Origin: Microbotryum violaceum
Taxonomy: Eukaryota
Reading direction: 5' to 3'
NCBI GenBank assembly: GCA_001244265.2
Contig: CDLV01000009.1
Span: forward strand, 682,001 to 746,000
DNA length: 64,000 nucleotides
Within the stretch, counting starts at the first letter, position 1. Each line of letters begins with the position of its first letter. A program made the translations under genes and the position numbers. Under the pieces are notes generated by a model. It saw nothing but the letters and a program-made list of their open reading frames with translations, searched no databases and was not told the DNA's origin. Shown one piece after another: positions 23,287 to 36,361 of the stretch.

Positions 23287-24190
23287 CTAGTCAAAGCGAT
23301 GAGGCGAGAGCTGGGAGATGTCTGCGCTCAGCTTCTTTGAGCCCAAAACGAGCTCGGCCATCACGAGACCTGTTCCAAGGGCGAGTGTGATGCCCTGGTA
23401 GACGGGGAAATGGCGATTAGCTGCTATACTGGAGCGCGGACGCTCAATTGACTCTTGGACCACTCACCCACGGGCCGTGGCCGGTGGCGACAAAGACATC
23501 GTCAATCAAAGCCCCGATCTGCGGTTCGCCTTCGGATGAAACAGGTCGATAGCAGAACTGTAAGGCGTGGCTTTTAACCAGACCAAGTCCCTAGCATATG
23601 AAATTTCTGGGCAGTTTGATTCGAGGCCCTCACCGCTCTCTCTCGATTATCGTTCCCTTTGCCTCGTCCAACCTCACTGATGCCAGAGCAGCTCCTATTT
23701 TCAGCCTCACGATGAGTTTGTCGTCCTGGAGCTTTTCGACGTCATCGAAGTTCGCCGGTAACTTGTTCGGACCATCCTGACTAGAAGGCTTGATCCCCAC
23801 TTGTTCGGCGACAGTCGAAGGCATCGAGTTTTCGCCCGCTATGTAAATGGCCCCACATGTCCTCGTGAACAACTCGGGCGCTTTCGTGAACCCCTGAGCC
23901 ACCTCTTCGGGCGTCAAATCGCGAGCCAATCCCGAAGTGGCAGCTTGGATACCCACTTCTGCTCCATTGATGCCTGCGAAAACGGCTTCGGCTGAGATGG
24001 GGCAGCCGGGACTGGGTCAGATCAAGAGGGACTCAGTGGCCGGGTCGGAGGTTAATGAGGTGGAGTTTAGGAAGTTGGAGTGTCGAGCAGAGGATCGAGG
24101 ACCATGGACCGGTGCAGATGACGAGTTTGGAGACCGAATTCGAGAAAGATTTCGCGAGAGCGAGACGGAGGGCGGGACGGTGTAGACTGG
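23287..24190 (-). pseudogene. 5'-truncated FAD-dependent oxidoreductase (DAO family, Tda3-like) pseudogene
   Basis: VICTGPW, AEAVF, PELFTR...IYIAG, CYRP, VFVATGHGPWGITLALGTGLVMAELV are present. There is a frameshift and stops at 24017-24036, and no GxGxxG N-terminal half before the divergent neighbour starts at 24314. Confidence 0.8.
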
Positions 24191-24313
24191 CGCGGAGTGC
24201 GAGAGAGTGCGAGATGCGCTGCGATCCGCATCGACCCGTCGTGGCGCCGCTTTGCTTCCCCAGTGAATCCCCGCCCCACATCCACTCACCCACTCGTGCG
24301 ATAAGCCTGTTTG

Positions 24314-26138
24314 ATGCAGTTTCAAGTCAACCCATGGCTCCTCAGGACCTCGGCACCCCCGTAAGCCCCCACCCGGCCCCACTTTCGATTCGGCTGGGAC
24401 CCTGCGCCAACTCTCAGTCCACTATATGTTCCCACAGGATACCACGTGCATCAGCCTGGGCCAAAGAATACGATGCATCTTCCTCCTCGTCCCTAGGTCC
24501 CTTGATCAACCTCGCCCAAGGCGTACCTGGCGCCCCACCTCCTGCCGAATTCCAACGACGACTTGGGGAGGCAGCGGCCAACCCCGAAACAACACAGTAC
24601 GGCGATCTTTGTGGGGATGACCACCTGAGGGAAACTTTTTCACACGATGTTAATCAGGCATATGGCGTCAAGGAGGGAGGAGTTGCGGCTAGGGAGATCG
24701 TGGTTACCGCTGGCGCCAACTTGGTGAGCTCATGTGGGGGTCAGCTCGCCGTGCTTCTGGCTTTCGAGAGGCGCGGTGCTAAAGTGGGGGTCTCGTGCAT
24801 CGTTCCAGGGCTTCTACTCGATAATGGTCTCTCTGGCACAAACGGGCGACGAAGTGATTCTCCCTACTCCCTGGGTACGTCTTCGCTCCTCTGCGCGGCG
24901 GAATCCACTCGGTCCCCACACGAGCTGATTCGATCCTCTTGGACCCTCGGCAGTACTTCAACCAGTCCATGAGTCTCGACCAACTCGGGATCACCACCGT
25001 TCCTCTCGTATGCGATGCCCCATCATTCCAACCTTCGGCCGAAAGAGCCGAGAGTCTCATCACTTCGAAAACTCGTGCCATCGTGCTCGTCACGCCCAAC
25101 AACCCTACCGGAGCCATTTACTCCGACGAGCTGCTCCACCGATTTGCAGCATTGGCCAGACGACATCGGATAGCTCTAGTCATCGGTGATTCACCAGAGA
25201 TATCTTCTCTCTCGGTATAGTCGCTGATTCGAGACAACCTTCACGCAGACGAGACCTATCGGGAATTCCTCCCACCCGGTGCACCACCACATACCCTCTT
25301 TCAAGACCAAGATTGGCGCGCATACCTCGTTCATATATTTTCTTTCTCCAAGTGAGTCTATAAATCAACCCCCCGCTATATGTGACATTGTTGATCAGGT
25401 TTTCGGGTGCACCGCCAGATCCTACGCCATTCCAGGCCACCGATTAGGTGCTGTGATCGCTTCCAAAGACTTTCTCACGCAGGTGCACAAGGTAAGAGCA
25501 GTCCATCATCGATATCCGGTGTAGCACAAGTCGAACAAGATACTGGAACTTACTGCTCAAATCGGTGCGCCTCTACAGACGCTTGACTGTCTACAGATCT
25601 GTCCGGCTCGACCAGCCCAAGAAGTTGTCGCTTGGGCTATGGAGGCGATGCGCTCATGGCGAGAGGAGACACGGGATGAGATTATGAGACGGCAAGAGAT
25701 TTTCAAGGATCTTTTGGCAGATGTTGAAGGGTGGGAAGTTTGTGTCGGCGGTGGCTATTTTGCCTACGTAGGTTCGACAGCCCCAGCCTCGGAAAAGGGC
25801 ATTGGACCGAACCTCGCTGACTTCTGCGCTCTTGTATAGGTCAAACACCCCTTCAAGAGGTCGAGCTCGGAACTTGTCGCTTCGAGATTGGGCTCCCAAA
25901 TGGGCATAGTCGTACTCCCCGGCACATTCTTCGGCCCCGAATTCGACAACATCGATGACGATCGCTACATCCGCTTCTGTGAGTCACCGATCATCGTCAA
26001 CGAGCAGATCTGTTGGGCCCTGTTAACGATGTGGTCTATCTCGCAGCTATTGCGAACGTTTCGATCGAAATGCTGCAACTCGTACCGGCGAGGCTGAGAA
26101 GGCTGAACGAGATTTGGGATTCATTGTCCCGGTCATGA
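24314..26138 (+). CDS. PLP-dependent class I/II aminotransferase
   Basis: TSAPPIP...LINLAQGVPG, VTAGAN, VILPTPWYFN, VTPNNPTG, DETY and PLP-lysine motif FSFSKSYAIPGHRLG. Confidence 0.92.
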
Positions 26139-26213
26139 AGTGGCTTAGCGATTGGAGATTGGCGGCTCGCTATACGACACTCTAAAACTGCATTACACGA
26201 CACAAACAATAAT

Positions 26214-27365
26214 CTAGTTGAGAGTATTGAACAGGTACCTCGAATCCCGTCGGCCCGTGAACCTCCACTTGACACCTTGGAAGACGCTGTTCTTGTCGTT
26301 CATCGTCGATCCCCAGAGGTCCATGAAGGTGTCGTAGATGACGTCGATGCTCGAGGGGGTCTTGACCCATTTGGGATCAAAGCCGTCCATCAGGATCAAC
26401 TTGGTCGTCTTCCCGTTGGGGAGAACGAATTCGGCTTCGAGGCCACAGTCTGGAAGGGAGCGTGATCGTCAGTTTTCGAATAACGAGAACGGACGAAGGT
26501 CGGGCTCTTGCTTACAAGCTGCTCCAGCGAGGGTGTTCGACCACTGGAAGTTGGCGAGCATCACTGAAACGTCCGGCGCGAATCCGGGCTGCGAGTTGTC
26601 GCTGCGCGATCAAATGAAATGGAAAGCATTAGATTCATGTTCCAGAACCCAATCGAATTGAAAGACTCTCGGGCTCACTAGACGTTGTAGCACCAACTGT
26701 GTCCGTTGGTCGAATCCTGCGTCGAATCAGTTCGGAACCACGACATGATCGCGTTTGTATTCCACCCGAGCGACTTGGCGTTGAAGCCCGTGATCCCTGT
26801 CGACGAGATCTTGGCATCGACCATGTAGCTCTCGTCGGGACATGCTGGAGTCGTCGAAGCAGCAGGGGGAGCGGTGGTAGTAGGTGTGGCAGTCCAAGCC
26901 TTAGGATTGGGGATCGGCCCTCTTGTAATTGTGGCGGCAGCGGCAGCGGCACTGCTAGCGATTACGCCGGACTTCATCTGACACAGAGAGGTATTGGCGT
27001 TCCAGAAGTATCCTGTTGAGCATCGAAAGGTGCAGACATTGCTCTTGCATTGGCTGAACGAATTCCGTGGCCGAGAGACGTTGTTGCAGTCCGCCTTCTT
27101 GTTGCAGCTCGTCCCGCGAGCAAACAGACGTGACTCGGCTCCTGTTGGGGAGGAAAGTGCCGGAGGAACGGGCCGAAGAATGGGTCAGTGTGGCGCTACA
27201 CAGAAAATTCAACGGACTGGGTTGAAACTGAACAAATATCGAGTTCTTGACCTTCGACGTACCTACTGTGTCCGCCAGCGGATAAGCGATGGGGAAAGCA
27301 CTCGACAGCTCAGCTGCGGCGAAGACGAAGGCGACCAGCGCCGAAATGCTTGATGATGAAACCAT
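26214..27365 (-). CDS. Secreted protein: Cys-rich module, Thr/Pro linker, RlpA/expansin-like double-psi beta-barrel
   Basis: Signal peptide MVSSSSISALVAFVFAAAELSSA; six-Cys segment; NGHSWC...GFAP...YCGLEA...MDGFD...SIDV...F..L...VKWRF pattern recalls DPBB proteins. Confidence 0.65.
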
Positions 27366-28826
27366 GATGCACCAGAGCGTCGAGCAAGAAAAGAGACGAA
27401 AGGGAGGGGAGAGTCGCACAGCGAATGGGGAGAAGAAGAGAGAGGGGGAAGCGGCGTTCAGTGGGACGGAAAGCTCATCGTCATGATCTAGTAGTGGTGC
27501 TACCCCGTCGGTCGCCGGAAGAAAGTCTCTTCTGATCACCGAGCGTCGGAGACCGGCGCGCGGGCTGCCCCGGCAGAGCGAAACCGAGATCGCTGCCGGT
27601 TTTGGTATCAGGCCGAACAGAGAATGATGGCGTTCGGCCGTAAAGGACGCATGATTTATGAGCAGCGTTACCCATAGCTCTAGACTAAAAATAATGCGGT
27701 AGGTCAGTCAGATCCTAATTACCTATGGCCGACGCGAAGGGTCGTCCGAGGTTTCGCGCGCTCGCGCGGCGCGGAAAAAGCCTGCCCCTTCGAGAAAATT
27801 GCCAGCCCCTCTCGGTGAGATCAAGCCACGTCCGGGCCAGCGAAACACGAATAGGCATAATGGCTTTCACAACGCAGTAAACGAGGTAAATGCTTCTCGG
27901 AGTTACGTCAACAACCCTGACTTTCATCTTGGGGTGATACTATCAGTGGTCTAGTGATGGGGCGTGTTGCCAAGAGTCACTACTCTGTGAGGCTTGGCCG
28001 TGGCGCGCAGATCACGTGATGTGCAGCGGGCCTCGGCCAGCTCCCACTGCCATCGTTCCCTGGTCACAACTTTCGGTCCTAGCATTACTTGGGGTTACCG
28101 CGTGGTCTTAATTACTGATTTGATGCTACTCCCGAACGCACACGAAAGTGGCATGAACGCACACGATAGTGGCATGGAGCCTCTGTCGCATACCGATGCG
28201 CTCGAATAGGGGGTGAGGTCGTGCGCTGGGGCGGCGCTGGCCGCTGGCGACAACTCACTGCCGTGCAGTGTATGGTGACCTTCCCGTCTTTCAGTAGGGA
28301 GAGACGAAAAAATCTCTAGCCCCGTCGCTTTGATGGAGGAGACCTGGGCTGCTAATTCAATTCACGTTGTGAGCTGCAAGCTGCAATAGACAACAGGTGC
28401 AGTGCCTCCTTCAGCCTGACCGAAAGATCATGTCACGGTAATGCAGTGGTGGACGCGACGCGGACCTGCCACTGCCAAACGACTTCGGTGCTCTGGTGAG
28501 TGGCTTAGTGAATGTTTAAAGGGCATCGAAGAAAGGTAAACAAACCTCGTGCCTAAGATAGGTACCTTATAAGCGACCTGCATACACGCTGAGTATTCCA
28601 GGTCCGAATTCCGATGAAACTTGGCGCCGACGCTGCGCCGGAGCCCGGGCGTCGGGTGTTCCGGGACGCGACAATGGGCGAAGGCGAGAACTATCGCGAC
28701 CGAGCTCTCGAAATGCGAGTCAATCAACAAGACGCCTTGCTGACGTTCTAGGCTTCTTGCACGAAGCCCTTCACCACGACTACCAACACGTCGGTCTGAC
28801 TGGACAACAACTACTTCGGTCCACTT

Positions 28827-31072
28827 ATGGCGCTTTCATCCAAACGAGAGCCAGTACCGACCGTGCAACTCGATGCTCCAGATGCAGCGCCAAGGTGGCC
28901 TTCGCAAGAACGCCATCGCCTTGGCGACGCGTCCTCCTTGCCTGCGACTCTAATCGCCGACGCTTCCGCCGGAACGTCAGCAGATGGGGCCAGGTCAATG
29001 GAAAAAGTTGTCAAAAATGATCGAGGGACACCAAGTCGACCCGTGAACCAGCAACAGCACCAAAGGTCTCGCTCGTGGCTTGCCGATTGGCTCAAGTCCG
29101 GCGGGGCGACCCCTTCCGCTATTCAAACCGCGGATGAGAATGTTCCGCTGCCGCCCTCACTCGGACCCCGCTCTTCCATCACCCGAACCAAGTCCGAAAG
29201 CGGCGGTAGAGCGATTAAAACACGCTCAGTGCTTGGTTTCAGAAGAAAAACCCGTCGAGGAAGTCAATCGGAGCAGGCGGTGGCTCCTGTCGCACTCGTC
29301 CCGACACCGAGCCCGGCTTCCGACGTCCCACCCCGCCGACCTTTACCGCCCACGCTGACCCCCGACCAAGGTCGGTCATCGTGCCAATAATTTCTCGATA
29401 TCCCCGCTGTAATTATCTTAACTGACACATCCGATTCATACAATGTTCAGACTTCGTCGCTCTCCGATCGCCGCTCAATGCGACCCCTCACCACACGCTG
29501 CCGGCCGCCGCCTTGGCGGCGAACAAGCGCACCACGATCGCACCTTCGCCCGCCACTTCCGCTGGTTTCCCTACGTGTCAACCGAGTGAGATAGGTCGCC
29601 CAGCGTCATGGAATTGGGATGGTGGCTCTGGCAACGCCTGGCCCGCACCGAATAGGGTCTCGAACCCTGACGCGCCTTCACGTGACCGGATCGATTCCTT
29701 TTCTTCAGTGTACTCGCACGACCCCGTCGACCTCGGCGAGATCTGGGACGACCTAGTGACGGAAGGCGAGATCTCACTTTCGCACCTTATTCCCACTCGA
29801 TCGACGAACGTCTTCCCTACGACGCCGACTTCGGCCCTGGCCACTTACGATTTCCACGGCGAGCACAACGAGCACGACGTGTCGACCCATGGAAGGACCT
29901 CGCACAACCAACCGAGTGACAATTCAGAGATCTCCTTCGTCTCCCTCTCTGCCTTCCCTGCGCCACCACTCGCTTCTGATGCGGTATTCGAGCACGCCTC
30001 GACATTGCAGAGCGCGAGTTCCCTTGCCGAGCGACGGGGTCGCAAGCAGGCGATCCCTGCCTTGATCATCCCTCAATCTCTTGTCGCTTTGGCCATCGAT
30101 TCGGCTTCTGACGACGGGTGTGAGTTCGGTGGTGACGGGTTTCCGGTAGGCGGGCCTACGGTGTCTTACTTTTCTCCGGTCACACCCCCTTGCGGTGCTA
30201 CGTTCGCATTCGACCTCAGCGCTTCGACCGGGTCCTCCCGTTCTTCGTCTCAAATGGCAGGCTTGGCCATTTCGCATGCGCCCTCTACGGATCAAAGCGA
30301 TGTAGATGAGGCAGCGAGCTATGAACAAGAACGATCGACCTTCAGCGTCTCCGACGTGCTTGCGCGCCATCTCCCCGTTTCGAAGAACGCTTTCCTCCAG
30401 CCATTCCAGCCACCGACCCTACCGCGATCATCCGCCTCGAGCCTTACCTTTGGCGAAAGAAGTGATTCCGAACAAGCACCCAGTTCGACATTGACCGCGA
30501 TCTCCACCTTCTCGCCCAATCTGTGGAGCGGAAGTGAGAGCAACGCCTCGTTCGAAACGCACGCTTCGTCCGTCGAAGATGAAGATTATCTTGACCCACC
30601 ACCGAGATGTAGTAGTCGACGAGGGGGAATTGATTCCTCCTTTGATCCAAGTTGGTCCATTGCTTCGACTGAAGCGGATGGAAATTCCAATTTGATGCTG
30701 GAAGGGTCAAGTGTTGATGAGCAATCGATGGGGGATTCGTTCGGGAGAGGCAAGCGATGGATCGAACAGGAAATGAAAGGCGTTGGGATGCCGGGGAACG
30801 ATAGTACCCGAACGGATGAGACGAGAGTCACCATTCCGGAGGCGATGCATGTCATCCACCACGACGATGAGGAGGACATTCTTGAGTCGGAGGATCGGAC
30901 GCTCCGGTTGACGGAAGCTTTTGGGAAGAAGGAAGTCGAGCGACGACGCGTCGAGGCGTACGACTGGGGAGAGACGAGGGTCGTCGAGCCCTTTATGATG
31001 GCGTCGCAGAGGAACAACTGCGAAGAGGAGCTTGGGACGAATGAGATTGTGGCCTGGGGGGTCGCGCTGTGA
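28827..31072 (+). CDS. Hypothetical Ser/Pro-rich, probably disordered protein (2 exons)
   Basis: Two long ORFs joined by an intron at ~29371-29450; ends EIVAWGVAL*. Confidence 0.7.
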
Positions 31073-31279
31073 TTAAATTTATTATACCCATGAAGAAGCT
31101 TTTCTATTGCATCTGGACTCTGTTGTACTTTTCCTCTTTCTGGTACTCTGTTCATACCCTCTCAAGACCTTTTACGCGTCCACGTCCATACCGTAAACGA
31201 TATGATTATTACGACACGTGGACTAGACTTGCACCTGCTGGTAATGACATACGGCATCCGATGGAGATGGTACTGCTCT

Positions 31280-33442
31280 CTACTTCCCAATACAAAATCC
31301 ACTAAATATCTGGCCGAGAATTTCTTCGGTGTCAACCGCACCACTGATCTTGCTCAAAGCGAAAACGGCGTACCGCAACTCCTCTGCTGCGGAAACGATG
31401 TCCCCCGCTTCGAGAGAGAGGAACGTCTCGAGTGAGGTGTGACATTCCTGTAGTCAGACCGGACTGGTTAGCGTACGACCTTTTAACTTCGAAACATGAA
31501 GTCTGATGCACGGCTTACTTGGAGGTGGTGGCGATGACGAGCGTGCGTCACCAAGGGAATGTCATCGGCATCTTCTGGGAGGTCGAATCTGAAACGGACG
31601 ATACAGGCTTAGCCATGAGGCTTTGATCTGACGGTCCGAGCGGTCGAAGCGTCTTACCTGTCTTTCAATACCTTCCTCAATCCATCCCCCAACTCTTTCA
31701 ACCCATCTCTAGTCTTCAAACTGACCTGCCAAAGTGTCTTCGTGCTACCCGATCCCCACGAAGTTGATGCAAGTGCCGAACGAACGTATGCAAGTTGGGT
31801 TTCGGTAGGTTTCAAAGCGTCGGCCTTATTTAAAACCACGATCGTGGAAGCATCGATCAGGTTGAGTGCGAGAGGGTCAATGATGGCCTTGTCTCCCGCT
31901 TCCAAGATGGCTGGGAGGGATAGAACGCAGAGTTTGACATCGGCTGCGCGGGCTCTGCAAGTCATGAGAACCAGCGGTTCTTTAAGCGGGCAAACGCATC
32001 GTCATCACGATATGGCGACTCACTTTTGCAGGGCTCGTGCAATTCCTATGCCTTCGACCTCGTCATGTGTCTTACGCAGTCCCGCAGTGTCAGCGATGGT
32101 GATGGGGAAGCCGTGATAGTCCAAAGAAAGTTCGACAATGTCACGTGTTGTTCCCGGGGTCGAAGCCACGATCGCCGCTTCCCGTTGAGCTGTGAAACCG
32201 CTTTCCAGCGCATCAATTTCAAGAGCCCTCTCTGCGATACCGAACGGGAAAGGTTCCCACCTAACCAATTCAGCAGGCTACTCTTGCCCGCGTTGGGTGC
32301 GCCGATGATGGCGAGTTGGATTCCGGATCGAATGATCTCGCCTCTTCTACCGTCGGCTAAACTTTGTACTATCCGATCACGTAGTTGCTTTACCTTGTCT
32401 CTTGCTGTTTGGGATCGATATATGCTCCCAGGCACAGTCAGCGTCACGAAGCCAGAGGGTGAAAAAAAGTCTGAAAAAGTTTCTCGCCTTGCTGGAAAAC
32501 GTCTTCGGAGATACCTTCGTCCTCGCCAAAGTCAATCAAGGCTTCAACAAGTGCCGTAGCTTCGATGATCTGAGCTCTCATACCCTCGTACACTTTCCTC
32601 GTTTGACCCTGAGATCATGTGCGCGAACAGAGCTTGCTGTCAGCTTCGGTGTTTCTAGCCTGCCACGGAAGCAAACGGTGATCTTGACATCACTTGCATT
32701 AGCCTGCCGAGCGGCGAGTGTCCTTTGACCCTCTGTGTGAGCATCGACGAGGTCTCGTATGCCTTCGACCTCGGTCAAGTCCATCTTGCCCGATTCGAAC
32801 GCCAGTCGGGTGAATTCGCCTGAGGGGTAGGTCACGTGATTTCAGCTTTCCTGGTCTGATTTAGGCCAGTCAACTACCTAGAGCGATTGAACGCACCTGG
32901 CTCGGCTATTCGGAACGATTTGGAAAGTGTAGGTAGCACGTCGATCAAGAGCTGTAACAGTGCGGGTGAGCCATGGGTATGCAGCTCGAGCGTCGGTTGC
33001 GAAGTCAACGCCGAATGGGCTGTCAAGCCGCGGATCGAGCGTACACTATCAGCTTGCGCGTGACAGCGAAGTAATACGTCTAAGCGAGGTCCGACGACCG
33101 ACCTGGAAAGTAAATGACAATGCCATGATCAAGAACCTCGCGTGACTGAGGGTGGAGGATCTTTCTGAGGATCGCCTTTCGTTCAGGTGGATTATGGCTT
33201 GAAGAACGTTTGCCAGGTGGCTTGAGGTGAGGAGGTTCGGTGCATTGGTGCCAGACGGTAAGCGCTTCGGGACCTGATATGCGGAGGATCGATATCGCGG
33301 CTTTGCCTCGTGCTGTAGCTGGGGCAAAGATCGTTGGGCCAGACCCGGTCGGAGAGGACGTTGCGGTCGAGCGATGATGGAGGAGCGGTTCGAGCTGGGT
33401 CCGGAGTTGAGAAAGAGGGAAGGGTGGTCGAAGACGAGGCAT
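31280..33442 (-). CDS. MSS1: Mitochondrial tRNA modification GTPase (MnmE/TrmE/GTPBP3)
   Basis: [70 protein letters not shown] and C-terminal FCIGK*. Confidence 0.96.
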
Positions 33443-33706
33443 GCGGGTTGGCTGGGCTGTGCAGTCGATCGGCCTTCAAATGTCAAATGCGAGTCAGGAG
33501 GCAGGCCAGCCGGGCCAGCTCGATCGGACTGGTTGCGAGTGCCGCGTCAAAGTCGTGGCGATGACGCGAGGTCAAAATCCACGCCTTTGCCTTTTGACCT
33601 TGGCACCATCACTGCGGATCAACTCGCGGTCAAACATCACGCGATTGGAGACCAACACCACCACCCACAACGGAGAGTAGACTTGTGAGCTTGGCACGCC
33701 ACCACG

Positions 33707-35397
33707 ATGGCCCCCAAACGATCCCCCGCCAAGGCTCAAGCCAAAACCAAACCCCCACACCCACACCCACACCCACACCCACACCCACACCCGTCATCCC
33801 CGATCGCCTCTACCTCCATCTCCGCCTCCACCTCGACCTCAAGCCCCTCCTCCCTCCAAAAGTGCAACACCCCCATCGCCTCCCCCTCCCGAACGAACGC
33901 CAGCGATGCTCTGTCCCTCCCTCATTTCCTCAAGCTGCTCTGCTCGTCCCCTCGCAACCCTCTGACCATGTCCGAAGCCATCTCGGTCGCCAAGATACTC
34001 GTCCCCGCCAAACTCAACTCCCCATCCCGCCTGCTGACTCTTACAAGAACCGAGATGGCACGCTTAGGGATCGAGGACGAAGATCTGAGGAAGAAACTGA
34101 GCGAGTTGACCCATGTGGGCAAGGAGAAGCGGTCCAAGCCGATTCGGAGAAAGAGAGGCAGCGACCTCGATCGACCTTTACCGACCAAGGACGTGCCCAA
34201 TGATGTGGTCAATACCGATCTCGACTTTGAAGAGATACTATACGAGGAGGTGGGTGACTGGTGGAGATGGTGTGGACGATGGCTTGAAGTTCCCAGCTCA
34301 CACATCTTCGCGGAACAACGAGCCGCCGACAGGCGCTGCTCAAGAAATCGTGTATCACCAACCGAGCACCCGTAATGACCGCCTGGGCGACCGTGGTAGC
34401 CGAAAGGCTGGGATTTAGGCGCCAAGAAGCTCTGTCTATAGGTGAGTCGTCAGCTCGAGGCGCTTCTCTCGGGACTCGGTCATAATCGATTCGCTGAATA
34501 TTTTGCTTTCCCATCTCTTTCATCGCTCAGCTCAAGTCTACACAGACATGAACGCGACCTCGAAAGGTGTATCACTGGGCATCATGAAAGATTCAGCACT
34601 CGATTTGCACATCGGGTCCTCCCAACCGTTTGTCGACATTATGGGTCGAAAGGTGAGTCTCGCGCCTTCAGATTATGTCGATCTCAATGTTCAGCACTGA
34701 CGCAGACAACTTGCATGAATGTGCGCGACCCACTCTCAACAGGTCCCTGTGTTATCGACGGCAACAGGCGAATGGAGAGCCATCACTAAAGGTGTCGTGG
34801 CCGATCCTCAGAAAGCTTTTGCATACGTCCAGCGCGCATTTCGGCAGCAGATGGGAGCAATCGTTGGTACGTCCACTTTGGGGAGATATAAAAATTCAAG
34901 GAGAGCCATATTCTAAATTTGATGCCTTCTTCGCGTACAGGCGCCATGCGACTCTTGGCCCAATCCTACGACCCCATCGAGCTGAACAACAAGGTAAGAA
35001 GGCAGAAGCGCCCCAGGACGTTCGAGTTCATCTCACTGATCAGGACGTTCGAGTTCATCTCACATAGGGATATGGTCTCTACATCGAATTTCGGCCCGAG
35101 GTGAAGGAATGGGGTGAAAGGGCCGAATTGTTCTGTACGACTCTACTCGATCTGCGATCCGAAGTGGTAGAGCAGGGACGCGCAGTCGACTCCCCGACGC
35201 CGAAAGTCGAGGATGTACTGCTGAGGCAAATCAAAGTCGAAGCTGCGGATGGAACGACGTCGAATTTGGATGATGCGATGGAGCTTGAGGAGGAGGTGAA
35301 GCCGGATGTCACAGCGGGGGCGGCGGAGGAAGGGGACAAGTATGATAAGTTATTGGACGAGGAGGATGACGTAGACTATAGCGCCTTGGGTTTGTAG
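33707..35397 (+). CDS. Fungal hypothetical protein (multi-exon)
   Basis: Spliced frame ...NRAPVMTAWATVVAERLGFRRQEALSIAQVYTDMNATSKG...YGLYIEFRPEVKEWG... with canonical introns. Confidence 0.75.
33755..33792 (+). repeat. (CCACAC)6 coding microsatellite encoding a Pro-His repeat
   Basis: Direct reading. Confidence 0.9.
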
Positions 35398-35661
35398 AGA
35401 GTGGTCGGAATCCGAGAATATTGGTATACGATTTGATCATGTTGTTTTAGCTTACCAGAGCGCACGTCGGAATGATTTGATGCGAGCCTTTCAGGTAATG
35501 CAGGCGCGCAGCCATTGACGTCGAATTGGTCACCTACCTCCGCTTCTTTGCCCCCCTGTCCATGCCCATCACGTTTGCTCTGTGGCAGTGAGTTGGGCTA
35601 CCTTGACCACACTCGGCGTTCAGTCACGACGCTGCTTAGCCGTCTTTTCCCTGTCGCTCAC

Positions 35662-36252
35662 ATGGGCCCGAAGCGCCCGCTTCCAGCGCCCGCCAAGCTC
35701 TCAGATCCAGCAAGCCGTTCACACCTTACGTCAAAGCGTCGACTCACGGCGAGCTTGACCCGTTCAAGCCTGCAGAACCGGAGGACCGAACTCCTCCGAG
35801 TCCTCCCTCCGCAGCCCTTGATTGTCGCGATATACGACAGTAGCCTCATTTTGGCATGCGATTGCCGGCTTCCGAGCCGGCATCAAGACTGGGGATTTCA
35901 AGGACAACGTCGATCCCATCACGTCCAAGAAGTTTAGATAATTCGTTCGACTACAAGTCACGCTCCAATCGGAGAGTTCGGTCCAGTCCGCCGCGATATC
36001 GACTTCGTTCAAGACTACATCACGCCGGCGGTAGCTGCCTCCACAAAGAATCGTACCACCGAGATTACTTTGTTCAAGCCGCCTTTCTTCCTTTATCGGA
36101 AGGGAAACGGCAACTTGAGCCTCAAAGGGTCAGCTTTGCCATCCGCAGCCAAGAGTGGAGGCGAGGTGTGCATACAGGCAGCCGCCACCTTACAGTATCC
36201 TCTAACTGTCATGACTGCGTTCATTACAAAGGGAGAATTGAGAATATCGTAG
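35662..36252 (+). pseudogene. Possible decayed orphan ORF
   Basis: Frame from ATG 35662 is open for ~195 codons except one TAG at 35935-35937. No family recognised. Confidence 0.3.
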
Positions 36253-36361
36253 ATGATCGTCATAAAATGAAATTAATGCTCAAAACATTAAAACTGCTGC
36301 GTCTAGATCTACTGGAAAGGACCAGGTGTGAACGCAATGCTGGATCTCAGAACACTCAAGA

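Noticed and set aside
27940-28020. tRNA (TGGTCTAGTG A-box-like)
   Set aside because: No B box and no cloverleaf.
28134-28177. 21-nt tandem duplication in the long intergenic region
   Set aside because: Two copies only, consistent with ordinary slippage.
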